This document shows, one piece after another, positions 1 to 8,546 of a DNA stretch of 64,000 nt. The translations under genes were made by a program, and so were the position numbers. Origin of the DNA: an uncultured Candidatus Bathyarchaeia archaeon (GTDB lineage: Archaea; Thermoproteota; Bathyarchaeia; 40CM-2-53-6; DTDX01); assembly GCA_964608455.1 (NCBI GenBank), contig CAZSNM010000004.1, forward strand, positions 1,623 to 65,622. The letters run 5' to 3'. Every line of letters begins with the position of its first letter. The first letter of the stretch is position 1. The notes below the pieces were generated by a model. It was not told the DNA's origin. It saw only the letters and a list, made by a program, of their open reading frames with translations, and did not search any database.

Positions 1-549
1 TCTAGCTTCTTTGTTGGATATATGATTCCAGTAAAGGAATCCTTAGGAGGTATTGTTATAGAATCTCAACTTCACTCTCGTTATGCATTAGGAACACCAT
101 TTGTAAAAGAGCAAGGTCAAATGATATATTATGTAGAACTTTCCTCCGCTCCATATACATTTAGCTTTGATTTTGATAGTGCATATGTTGGAAAACTAAC
201 TTTCTCATATGATTCCGCAGGAAAAAATGTTCTTCAAGAAGACGAAAGAAAAAAGAGGTTGAAAATAGCTCTTGATTCAATTAAAACTTTTATATTAGAA
301 CAGGCGTTTGGTGCTAAAAAAACTAGATTTCTCCCGAATGGAGAATGGGATTCCATAGTAATAGCTGTGTCAGATAAACCATGGACAGTTACAAGCCCAT
401 TTTCAAGAAGCTATATAGAAAACACTGTTAAGAAAAAAGAAAAAATAAACTACAATACTAATCTTTACATTTATAAAAGTGATGAAGGAAGTTTTGAAGA
501 AACAGTAATTAATGCTATAAAGGATGCAAAAAACAGAATTTTAAAGTGA
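1..549 (+). CDS. cas7: Cas7 (Csa2/DevR-type backbone subunit), 5' end cut by the window edge
   Basis: The frame is open from nt 1, with no stop before the ATG at 22. The C-terminal part carries a Cas7/Csa2-like GAKKTRFLP motif. It is followed directly by cas5 and cas3 genes with short overlaps. Confidence 0.7.
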   Translation, partial: SSFFVGYMIPVKESLGGIVIESQLHSRYALGTPFVKEQGQMIYYVELSSAPYTFSFDFDSAYVGKLTFSYDSAGKNVLQEDERKKRLKIALDSIKTFILEQAFGAKKTRFLPNGEWDSIVIAVSDKPWTVTSPFSRSYIENTVKKKEKINYNTNLYIYKSDEGSFEETVINAIKDAKNRILK

Positions 550-1370
550 TAAATGTGGCTATAGGTTATTTAATTGACTTGGAGTTTGTATGGGGTTTTC
601 AAGCTAGAGTGATAGGCCTCTCAAAAACTTCTCCATCTTTTTATTATCCACCACCAACATCGTTTTTAGGAGCCGCAGCTGAGGTTATAGCTAAAGAATA
701 TAAAATAGGTGAAAGTAACGGTAAAAACATCATTTTTAAGTTTTCAGAAAACTTGCTTGCTTTAGGAATAAAACCGTTAAATTGCATTCCAATTAGATAC
801 GCAGATTTAAACAGAATAATAACCATAAAAATGACTGGGGGAAAACCCTATCCAAATCCTAAGGATCTTAAAAAATCTTTTGACTCTCCAGCAACTGGAA
901 AAACAATATTTTCTACAATAGATAATGAAGCGCCAATGATTAGATTATTTATAGTATTTAAGCACGATTATTTAAGGTTAAACGATACATACATAACTAT
1001 TAATGAAGATTTATTTTGGAAAATTCATAGAGTCGGTTCAAAAGAAAGCAGAGTTTCATGTAATGATGTAAAGATGCATGAGGTTAACGTTATTCATAAA
1101 AATGCCTTAACAAACTATAGTTTTCCAAAAATTGAAGGAATAGAAATTGAAAAAACTGAAGGTGAATGGGAAACCGAAGTATACATAGATCCATTTAGTA
1201 TTGAAACTCAATATCAACCATTGGATTATATAAAAGGTGAAAAAACTGTTCCATTTATGGTTCCAATTAAAAGAGGTTCAACTGAACCTAAATGCAATGT
1301 TAAACTTAAGGAGAACTTCGTTTTCTACAGTTTTAATGAAGAGGTTGTTATAGGAAGATGGTTAAAGTAA
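546..1370 (+). CDS. cas5: Cas5 (type I-A/B-like)
   Basis: GTG start overlaps the cas7 stop. The N-terminus YYPPPTSFLGAAAEV matches the conserved Cas5 N-terminal PPPTTL.GAL motif. Position after cas7 fits. Confidence 0.7.
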   Translation: MINVAIGYLIDLEFVWGFQARVIGLSKTSPSFYYPPPTSFLGAAAEVIAKEYKIGESNGKNIIFKFSENLLALGIKPLNCIPIRYADLNRIITIKMTGGKPYPNPKDLKKSFDSPATGKTIFSTIDNEAPMIRLFIVFKHDYLRLNDTYITINEDLFWKIHRVGSKESRVSCNDVKMHEVNVIHKNALTNYSFPKIEGIEIEKTEGEWETEVYIDPFSIETQYQPLDYIKGEKTVPFMVPIKRGSTEPKCNVKLKENFVFYSFNEEVVIGRWLK

Positions 1371-2545
1371 AATTAGGTTTACCAATAGACTCCACGTTTT
1401 TAAGCGAGATAATTTATGAAGGTCTATTATATTTAGTTAAAAATGATTATGCTAAATATTTTAATCATAAGGAAATAGAGTTTAAAAAAGATTTTTTAAG
1501 CCTAGCCTATAAGGAATTGGAAAATTATGAAAATATTAAAATTACTCTTACTGGAAATGATGATGTTAATACTAAACTCTTTAGAATGTTTAATTTATCA
1601 ACTATAAATAGCAGGAAAGTATTAAATGACTTATTTGATAAATTGCATAACTATTCCAATACTTTTTATTGTGTAAGAAATGAAATGAACCTGGCGCCAA
1701 AAATTAAGGGAAAAACCATTCTTTACGATATAGAAGATAAAAAAGAAGGTATTTCTCTTCAATTACTTAAAATTGATAGATATACTGGTATCTCCTCGCT
1801 TGAAACTAATTATATTTCACAACATCTTACATCATATTTTTCAAAAGAACTGATACTAATTGCTTTATTAGGAGTTTATTCCTCATATGTAACTACGCTT
1901 TTTCTCCCATCAGAAAAAGGCTTTCAACAAATTTATTATTTTCTATTTTTCTCTCCAGAAGAAACCTTAGGTTTGCTTTCTAAAGGTAATAATGGAGCGT
2001 TTAAAGCAAAATTCGTTATGAAGGAAAAAATAAAGAAAATAATAAATGAGCATATTAAAAGCGCTTATTTAAATGAGGTTTTGTTTTTAGATGTTATTCT
2101 TAATCTAGAGCTTTATAAGTTTATGAAGGAAACAAATCTAGATAAAATTTCAACAATACTTGTTAAACTTAATCCAGAAGGACAAACATATAAAATATAT
2201 GAAACTCTTCCAATCACAGTATTTAAAGAAATGGTTTTTCATAAAAAAATTGAAAAATATTTTAGACGTTATGAAAAATTTGCAGAACCTGTTTTAAATT
2301 TTTTAAATGATCAAAATGTTAAAGCTGCTTTAAACTCGTTAACAACTAGATCTAAAATGCCTGAAGCAGGCAATTTACTTTCAGCAATAATAAGTTTATA
2401 TAGATTTGTAATTTTAGGTGACACTCAAGGTTTATCTGAATTCATAAGAGAAGCTTGGAATGCATATGAAAAAGCAAAAAACCAAAATCCTGCAAAAGCA
2501 TCTCATTATATTGAATTGTTGAAAAAATTTTCATATTATATATGA
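1358..2545 (+). CDS. Unassigned 395-aa protein in a Cascade operon; possible divergent Cas8a/Csx-type large subunit
   Basis: Overlaps cas5 by 13 nt and cas3' by 4 nt, so it is probably co-translated. I recognise no motif (no Zn finger, HD or P-loop). The assignment rests on position only. Confidence 0.35.
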   Translation: MVKVKLGLPIDSTFLSEIIYEGLLYLVKNDYAKYFNHKEIEFKKDFLSLAYKELENYENIKITLTGNDDVNTKLFRMFNLSTINSRKVLNDLFDKLHNYSNTFYCVRNEMNLAPKIKGKTILYDIEDKKEGISLQLLKIDRYTGISSLETNYISQHLTSYFSKELILIALLGVYSSYVTTLFLPSEKGFQQIYYFLFFSPEETLGLLSKGNNGAFKAKFVMKEKIKKIINEHIKSAYLNEVLFLDVILNLELYKFMKETNLDKISTILVKLNPEGQTYKIYETLPITVFKEMVFHKKIEKYFRRYEKFAEPVLNFLNDQNVKAALNSLTTRSKMPEAGNLLSAIISLYRFVILGDTQGLSEFIREAWNAYEKAKNQNPAKASHYIELLKKFSYYI

Positions 2546-4212
2546 TCCAAGAATATTATACAAAAGTTTTAGAGAAAAACAAATGGAAAAATAGGGAATT
2601 CATAGACTATGTTATTTCACTTCTTGAGAAAGAATGGACCAATAAAAATGTTTTTATAATTGAGGCACCTACAGGTTATGGGAAATCCACAATTTCACAA
2701 GCAATTTCGCTTTATTCTATAAATGAAGAATTAAAAGTTATTATAGCATTTCCATTAAGAACCCTTTTGGAAGATCAATATGAAAAATTTAAGAAAATAA
2801 CTGAAGAAAACTTTTTAGGTAAAAGATACATGCATAGTTTAGATTCAAGATATTTAGTTAAACCAATAACATTAACAACTATTGATATGCTTTCTCTTAC
2901 GATTTTTGGAATACCACCTGAAGAATTTGAAAAAGTGGCTAAAGAACAGTCGCTTGGTCATTACCTTTTTTCTCATTCTTCTGTGCTTTTCTCTAACATT
3001 ATTCTTGATGAAGTGCATCTTTTATCTGACTCAACAAAATCCATTAATTTTCTTGCTTTACTCATTCATTTAGCTATAACGAACAATTTAAAACTTATTT
3101 TTATGTCAGCTACGATTCCACCTGCTCTCATAAATGTAATTTCAAGATTTTTTGAAAACAAGAAGGAAAAGTTAAGTTTAATAAGATTCAAAGAAAATTG
3201 TGATAAAGAATTTATAAGAGAAAGACTAAGAAAAAACTATAAAATATTTTTACATGCTTTAAAAGAATCTGAAAAATTTAATAAAATAGTTGAACTTTTA
3301 ACAAAATCCCCATTTAAAAAAGCGATTGTAATATTTAATACTGTTGAAGATGCTATAAGCTTTTATAAGCTTCTTATAGACTTAGATTTAAACTCAAAAA
3401 AAGTGCTTTTACACTCCAGATTTAATGAAATAGATAGAGAAAGAAAAATTATGGAGCTTAAGGAAATTAAAAAACTAAATGAATATTTAATTATATCTAC
3501 CCAAACTATAGAGTCTGGAGTGGATATTTCTTCAAACCTTATTATTACTGAATTAGCTCCAGCAAATTCTCTTATTCAAAGATTGGGTCGATTTTTAAGA
3601 TATGAAAATGAATATGAAGGAGAAGTTCATATATGGTTTGAAGTAGATGAAAAAGGAAAAATAAAAAGTTACATGAATAAATATAAAGTTTATGATTTAA
3701 AATTAGTTGAAAAAACCCTAGAAACATTAAAAAAACAAAATTTAAAAATTAACTTTCATGTTCCTGAAAGCTATGAAAAGCTTCTTAAAGACGTATATGA
3801 TGAAAGCGAATTTGAAATAAATAAAAGCATCATAGATGAGTATAACTATGCTCTATCAAATATAGAAAATTTATCTCAAAGCGCATTAGATTTATTTATT
3901 AGAATGGAAGGAAGCTTTGTAAGAGATGAGATGCCCATTCCTGTGATTACAGAGGAAATATACAATTATGTAAAATCTTCTCCAAATAAAATAGCAAACT
4001 ATGCAGTGCCAATTTCTATAGAAATATTAAAGAAGGTAAAACCAAAAAACGCAATAAAAACAGATGGAGAAAAAATTGAGATTCAAATTGATAATGATAA
4101 AATGAAACGACCAGAAAAGTGGCTTAAATTTTTACTTAAAAATGATATAGCTGCGTTAATTGTTGAAGGCAAATACAATGAAGAAATTGGATTAGTTATA
4201 AAACAATTATGA
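2542..4212 (+). CDS. cas3: Cas3' SF2 helicase (split Cas3, helicase part)
   Basis: Walker A APTGYGKS, DEVH box ILDEVHLL, and the helicase C-terminal block STQTIESGVDIS...RLGRFLR. Followed by a separate HD gene. Confidence 0.8.
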   Translation: MIQEYYTKVLEKNKWKNREFIDYVISLLEKEWTNKNVFIIEAPTGYGKSTISQAISLYSINEELKVIIAFPLRTLLEDQYEKFKKITEENFLGKRYMHSLDSRYLVKPITLTTIDMLSLTIFGIPPEEFEKVAKEQSLGHYLFSHSSVLFSNIILDEVHLLSDSTKSINFLALLIHLAITNNLKLIFMSATIPPALINVISRFFENKKEKLSLIRFKENCDKEFIRERLRKNYKIFLHALKESEKFNKIVELLTKSPFKKAIVIFNTVEDAISFYKLLIDLDLNSKKVLLHSRFNEIDRERKIMELKEIKKLNEYLIISTQTIESGVDISSNLIITELAPANSLIQRLGRFLRYENEYEGEVHIWFEVDEKGKIKSYMNKYKVYDLKLVEKTLETLKKQNLKINFHVPESYEKLLKDVYDESEFEINKSIIDEYNYALSNIENLSQSALDLFIRMEGSFVRDEMPIPVITEEIYNYVKSSPNKIANYAVPISIEILKKVKPKNAIKTDGEKIEIQIDNDKMKRPEKWLKFLLKNDIAALIVEGKYNEEIGLVIKQL

Positions 4213-4222
4213 TGAAGAGGAA

Positions 4223-5011
4223 ATGAAAGAAATCCTTAGTTACTATTTAAGAAAAAATAATAATGTTATTATTGAGACGCTTAAAGAACATATAGATGAA
4301 GCAATAAAAATTGTTAATAAAATAGAGTATTCACCTATACTTAGATATGCAAAAAGGATTTCACCAAATCTAAAAAACTTTGGTAAATTAATTAATTTAG
4401 CTATAGTTTTTCATGATTCAGGTAAAGCATTTTTTCAAGAAGATAAAATTGAAAATAAAGAATATTTATCATTTAGAGGACATGAATTTTTCTCAAGTTA
4501 CATTTTTAAAAGTTTTTGTAAAGAATGTAAAGCGAATTTTACTTTTGAAGAAAACTATGGAATAAATGATTACGAATTAATTAACTTTGCTATACTGTTT
4601 CATCATCATTCCATGAATATAATGAAAAGGCTTAATGAGTTCAGTTTTAAGCCACAATACAAAATTCAATGGATTGAAAAACTTTATGAATCTCTTAACC
4701 CATTTTTAACTGAAGATTACAAGGTCTTTCTTAAATTTACCATTAATAACATAATTAAAGATTTCAAAAGAGAAAATGCGATTGCATTGATTAAGGAAGA
4801 TATTAAGCTAGAACTTAAAAACATATGGGAAAATATATGGTATGATAGAAATAGGAAGAAGCTTTCATTAATTATTTTAACGATTTTAATCGTTTCAGAC
4901 AATATTGCTGCACAAAATAAAAGGGGTGAAGCGCAAGCAAGAAATGTATTTCATATGGCTTTAGAAGATTTTTATAATTTTTATCTAGTTAAACCGCAAT
5001 GTAGAATTTAA
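4223..5011 (+). CDS. cas3: Cas3'' HD nuclease (split Cas3, HD part)
   Basis: The HD motif VFHDSGKAF is followed by RGHEFFS and LFHHHS histidine clusters typical of the Cas3 HD domain. Lies immediately downstream of cas3'. Confidence 0.7.
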   Translation: MKEILSYYLRKNNNVIIETLKEHIDEAIKIVNKIEYSPILRYAKRISPNLKNFGKLINLAIVFHDSGKAFFQEDKIENKEYLSFRGHEFFSSYIFKSFCKECKANFTFEENYGINDYELINFAILFHHHSMNIMKRLNEFSFKPQYKIQWIEKLYESLNPFLTEDYKVFLKFTINNIIKDFKRENAIALIKEDIKLELKNIWENIWYDRNRKKLSLIILTILIVSDNIAAQNKRGEAQARNVFHMALEDFYNFYLVKPQCRI

Positions 5012-5135
5012 AGATAATTTTGCTTTTTTAAGTAGAAAATCAAAATTTTACGTGTAAAAAGATTGAAGAAATCAAAGAAAATCAAATTTGGGTTAAGCGG
5101 GTATTCCCTAAATGAGGAGGGTTATGAATTTTCTG

Positions 5136-5159
5136 ACTTTCCTTTTATAAAAGGAAAGT
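5136..5159. repeat. 24-bp perfect palindrome ACTTTCCTTTTATAAAAGGAAAGT
   Basis: Read directly; the sequence equals its own reverse complement. It lies between cas3'' and the KaiC-like gene and contains a TTTTATAAAA core. It could be a terminator hairpin for the cas operon or an operator. Confidence 0.6.
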
Positions 5160-5255
5160 GCCTTTCAAATCTTTTGAAAATGCTATAAAAACGGTAATGT
5201 TACTTTTGTTGTAATCAATGAATAACTTTTTATTCTTCCTTTTACTATTTATTTT

Positions 5256-6029
5256 TTGGTGAAAATTAATTTGCCTATTACGAAGGTTAAAACTGGAATT
5301 CCAGGTTTAGATGAAATTCTTAATGGTGGTATTCCATCTAGAAATGTTGTTTTGCTTTCAGGTGGTCCAGGAACAGGAAAAACCATTTTTGGACAGCAAT
5401 TTTTATTTAATGGAATTTTAAATGGTAATGCAGGTGTTTACTTGGCTTTAGAGGAACATCCAGTTCAAATTAGAGTTAATATGGCTCAGTTTGGATGGGA
5501 TGTTAAACGTTATGAAGCTGAAGGAAAATTTGCTATTGTTGATGCTTTTACAAGTGGAATTGGTGAAGCTGCTAAAAGAGAAAAATATGTTGTTCAAGCT
5601 GTTGATGATTTTCCTATGTTAATCGATATGGTTAGAACTGCTATTAAGGATTTAAATGCTGAAAGAGTTGTTGTAGATTCTGTTACAACATTATATATAA
5701 CTAAACCTGCACTTGCTAGAAGCATGGTTCTTCAATTAAAAAAGGTTCTTTCAGGGCTTGGATGTACATCACTTCTTATAAGTCAAGTAAGCGTTACCGA
5801 AAGAGGTTTTGGTGGTCCAGGTGTAGAGCATGCTGCAGATGGAATAATAAGATTAGATTTAGATGAGGTAAATGGTGAACTTTATAGAAGCTTAATTGTT
5901 TGGAAAATGCGTGGAACAGCTCACTCAATGAGAAGACATCCATTTGAAATAACAAATAATGGTATAGTTGTTTATGCTGATAAAACATTATCTATAACCT
6001 CTAGAAAATTAGAGGAATCAACTAATTAA
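5256..6029 (+). CDS. KaiC-like / RadA-paralog RecA-superfamily ATPase (single domain)
   Basis: [14 protein letters not shown] followed by Walker [10 protein letters not shown]. About 257 aa, the typical architecture of archaeal COG0467 proteins. TTG start. Confidence 0.75.
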   Translation: MVKINLPITKVKTGIPGLDEILNGGIPSRNVVLLSGGPGTGKTIFGQQFLFNGILNGNAGVYLALEEHPVQIRVNMAQFGWDVKRYEAEGKFAIVDAFTSGIGEAAKREKYVVQAVDDFPMLIDMVRTAIKDLNAERVVVDSVTTLYITKPALARSMVLQLKKVLSGLGCTSLLISQVSVTERGFGGPGVEHAADGIIRLDLDEVNGELYRSLIVWKMRGTAHSMRRHPFEITNNGIVVYADKTLSITSRKLEESTN

Positions 6030-6082
6030 GAATAAGCAAAAATAAATAAAATTGTTAATAATTTAATAGGGGGTGCTGAAGG

Positions 6083-6538
6083 TTGAGTGAAGAAATTTCA
6101 TTAACTCCTATAGGTCGAGAAGCTATTCATAAACTTGAAGCTGCTTTGCTTGCTGGAACTCTTTTAAGGCAAGAAGTTTTATCAATGCTTAAGGAAGCTT
6201 CAGAAAGACTTACATGGGTTGATTCACTTGCTGTTGCAGCTGCAGCTTTAGCTAGAGAAAAAGCTAAAATGCCTATTTCTCAAATAGCTGATGAACTTGG
6301 AAGAACAGAAGCTACAATAAGAAATCATTTAGCAGGAAAAACTAAAGCTGGTCAGCTTGTAAAAGAAACATATGAAAAATTTGCTTCTAAAGGTGTAGAA
6401 ATTCCAAGCTTAACCTTTTTAGATGAAATAGAATCCTTAAAAAAACAGCTTGAAAATGAACGCAATCAAAAATCAAATCTTGAGAAAAAATTAATTAGCA
6501 TTAAGGAAAAACTGCAATCAATAATCGCTGAAATATAA
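6083..6538 (+). CDS. Small HTH protein with C-terminal coiled coil
   Basis: HTH-like segment ISQIADELGRTEATIRNHLAG and a heptad-rich C-terminus (LKKQLENERNQKSNLEKKLISIKEKLQ). GGGGGTG precedes the TTG start. Confidence 0.4.
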   Translation: MSEEISLTPIGREAIHKLEAALLAGTLLRQEVLSMLKEASERLTWVDSLAVAAAALAREKAKMPISQIADELGRTEATIRNHLAGKTKAGQLVKETYEKFASKGVEIPSLTFLDEIESLKKQLENERNQKSNLEKKLISIKEKLQSIIAEI

Positions 6539-6556
6539 ATAGAAAAATAAGGTTTA

Positions 6557-6697
6557 TGGTAGCCCGGGGGAGATTCGAATTCAGGGCCTTTAAGGCTCTC
6601 CCGTCAGCAGGTTTCTTCTCCCCTTCATTAAGGGGGATCCAGAGCCTTACAGGGGCTTCTGAGCCCTTGCTATGCTTGACCGCTACACCACCGGGCT
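6557..6697 (-). tRNA. Intron-containing tRNA, 141 nt including an encoded CCA; best guess anticodon CAG (Leu), isotype uncertain
   Basis: On the minus strand, acceptor AGCCCGG pairs with CCGGGCT, followed by A73 and CCA. The D arm reads GTGT-AGCGGTCAA-GCAT. A canonical T loop TTCGAAT is followed by the 3' stem strand CTCCC. This is a GC-rich island in AT-rich DNA. It is about 60 nt too long for a mature tRNA. Confidence 0.8.
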
Positions 6698-6773
6698 ATC
6701 CAACCTAGTAATATAAAGCTCCCCTAGGCTAAAAATATTTTAAAATAAATAAAGAAAATAAACTTTTCTTTAT

Positions 6774-7580
6774 TTATTCTTTTAAAACTTTTAAAATTTC
6801 CTTGCATAATTGATTGTTTGCAGCTGCTATAAAAGAGGTTTTCTCTTCAGGTGTAACTTTCATATTTAATTCTTCTCCATTTAATGAAACAATTATTCCT
6901 CCAGCTTCTTTAACTATTAATTGACCTGCCGCTATATCCACAGCTCTAATCCTATTTCTTGCATCTATAAACGCATCTATAACCCCGCTTGCTATTTGAC
7001 AAAGTTCTAAAGCGTTAGCTCCAAAATGACGTGTATGAAGTGCATAAACAAGAAGTTTTATAAGTTTTTTTATATCTTCTTCATTATTTAAAAAACATAA
7101 ATCTAAACCTATTAAAGCTTCTTTTAAATTTTCCACGTTAGATGTATGAATTTTTTCTTCATTTAAATATGCGCCTTTACCTTCTTCAGCATAATATGTA
7201 TCCCCATTAACAAGATTCATTATTAATCCTGCATAAACTCCATTTAAAAACCAAGTTTTAGAAACAGCTAGAGAGCAACAGTAAAATTTTATGCCTCTTA
7301 AAGCATTTATTGTTCCATCTAAAGGATCTAAAATTAAAAATTCCTTTGCTGCATCTCCAATTTTCTTAACTCCAGATTCCTCACTTATTAAAATGCATGA
7401 AACATTAAGATTGCTTAAAGTCTCAACAACTGCTTTTTCTGCTATATAATCAATTTTTTTAGTTATATCTCCTCCAACACCAATTCCTAAATTTTCACTT
7501 GCATCTTTTGAACCTAAAGCTTTATTTACTTCATTTTTAACTTTTTCAGCTGCTTCTTTTAAAATTTCATTCCAATTCAC
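6774..7580 (-). CDS. suhB: Inositol monophosphatase / fructose-1,6-bisphosphatase family protein
   Basis: Motifs ILDPLDGT and AVDIAAGQLIVKEAGG are typical of the IMPase/FBPase fold. Confidence 0.8.
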   Translation of the reverse strand: MNWNEILKEAAEKVKNEVNKALGSKDASENLGIGVGGDITKKIDYIAEKAVVETLSNLNVSCILISEESGVKKIGDAAKEFLILDPLDGTINALRGIKFYCCSLAVSKTWFLNGVYAGLIMNLVNGDTYYAEEGKGAYLNEEKIHTSNVENLKEALIGLDLCFLNNEEDIKKLIKLLVYALHTRHFGANALELCQIASGVIDAFIDARNRIRAVDIAAGQLIVKEAGGIIVSLNGEELNMKVTPEEKTSFIAAANNQLCKEILKVLKE

Positions 7581-7605
7581 TTTCGATAATCCTCTTTAAC
7601 TGTTT

Positions 7606-8352
7606 TTATTCAAAAATAATTTTCATAAAGCCCATAAACCATATTCCTATTAAGAAAAAAATAAAAGATAAAATTGACTTTTTAAATTCAGGTTGCTTGT
7701 GAAGCTCAGGAATTAAATCTGAAGCTGCTATATAAAGAAATCCTCCTGCTGTAAAAGGGAGTAAGGGCAAAGCTATATTTTCCACATGAGTAATAAAAAA
7801 GTAACCAAATAAAGCTCCAAAAACAGCTATGATAGCTGAAATAAAATTCCAAAATAAAGCTTTAAATTTAGTGAATCCTCCATAAACAAGCACGCCAAAA
7901 TCTCCAAGTTCCTGAGGTACTTCATGAATTACAACAGCCATTGTTGTAATTAACCCAAGTGGTATGCCAACAATAAAGCTTGCTGCTATAACTAAACCAT
8001 CTATAAAATTGTGCATTCCATCTCCAACTAAATTTAGATAGGTAAACATGTGAATGGGGCATTTCCCTTCATGGCAATGATGCCAATAAAAAATTTTTTC
8101 TAAAAGAAAAAATGATGTAAACCCAATTATAACATAAAGAAAAATCATCGTGCTGTTTGTATGTTCTAAAGCTTCTGGAAGAAGATGAAGAAAAGCTCCA
8201 CCAATTAATGCTCCTGCTGAAAAACCAACTAAGAAAAACAAAATCTTCTTTAAATCTTCATCCTTAATAATTAATGTAACTATACCAGTTAAAGAAATAA
8301 GGCTTACCAGAATGGTGCTTCCCAAAATCCAGATTAAAACATTAAAATCCAA
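7606..8352 (-). CDS. zupT: ZIP family metal (zinc) transporter
   Basis: Polytopic membrane protein with HNFIDGL and HEVPQELGDF signature helices. Confidence 0.8.
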   Translation of the reverse strand: MDFNVLIWILGSTILVSLISLTGIVTLIIKDEDLKKILFFLVGFSAGALIGGAFLHLLPEALEHTNSTMIFLYVIIGFTSFFLLEKIFYWHHCHEGKCPIHMFTYLNLVGDGMHNFIDGLVIAASFIVGIPLGLITTMAVVIHEVPQELGDFGVLVYGGFTKFKALFWNFISAIIAVFGALFGYFFITHVENIALPLLPFTAGGFLYIAASDLIPELHKQPEFKKSILSFIFFLIGIWFMGFMKIIFE

Positions 8353-8546
8353 GTTGACAACCTCTTTATTATGATAAAAATTAATTTTCTTTATCTGAAT
8401 AAAAATCTTTTGGAATCAACTATTAATTTGCTTCAGTTAGTTGTAAAATAAAATATAGCGAATAATTTACTTCACTTTTCTAAAGTATCAACTAATAAAC
8501 AATAAATGCATTTAATGGATTATTTTAAAAAAGTTAAGGTTGAAGC

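Noticed and set aside
2882-3073. 63-aa same-strand alternative-frame ORF inside cas3'
   Set aside because: It spans the DEVH-box region of the helicase frame. Its sequence is a hydrophobic, low-complexity artefact.
5012-5255. Possible CRISPR array or leader immediately downstream of cas3''
   Set aside because: The only repeats are the short AGAAAATCAAA copies and one palindrome. There are no regularly spaced 24-37-nt repeat units here or elsewhere in the window.
6711-6717. TATA-like ATATAAA (minus strand TTTATAT) as the tRNA promoter
   Set aside because: It lies only about 14-20 nt from the mature 5' end, too close for a canonical archaeal TATA-to-TSS spacing. The AT-rich tract at 6731-6755 is a better but unproven candidate, so I have annotated no promoter.
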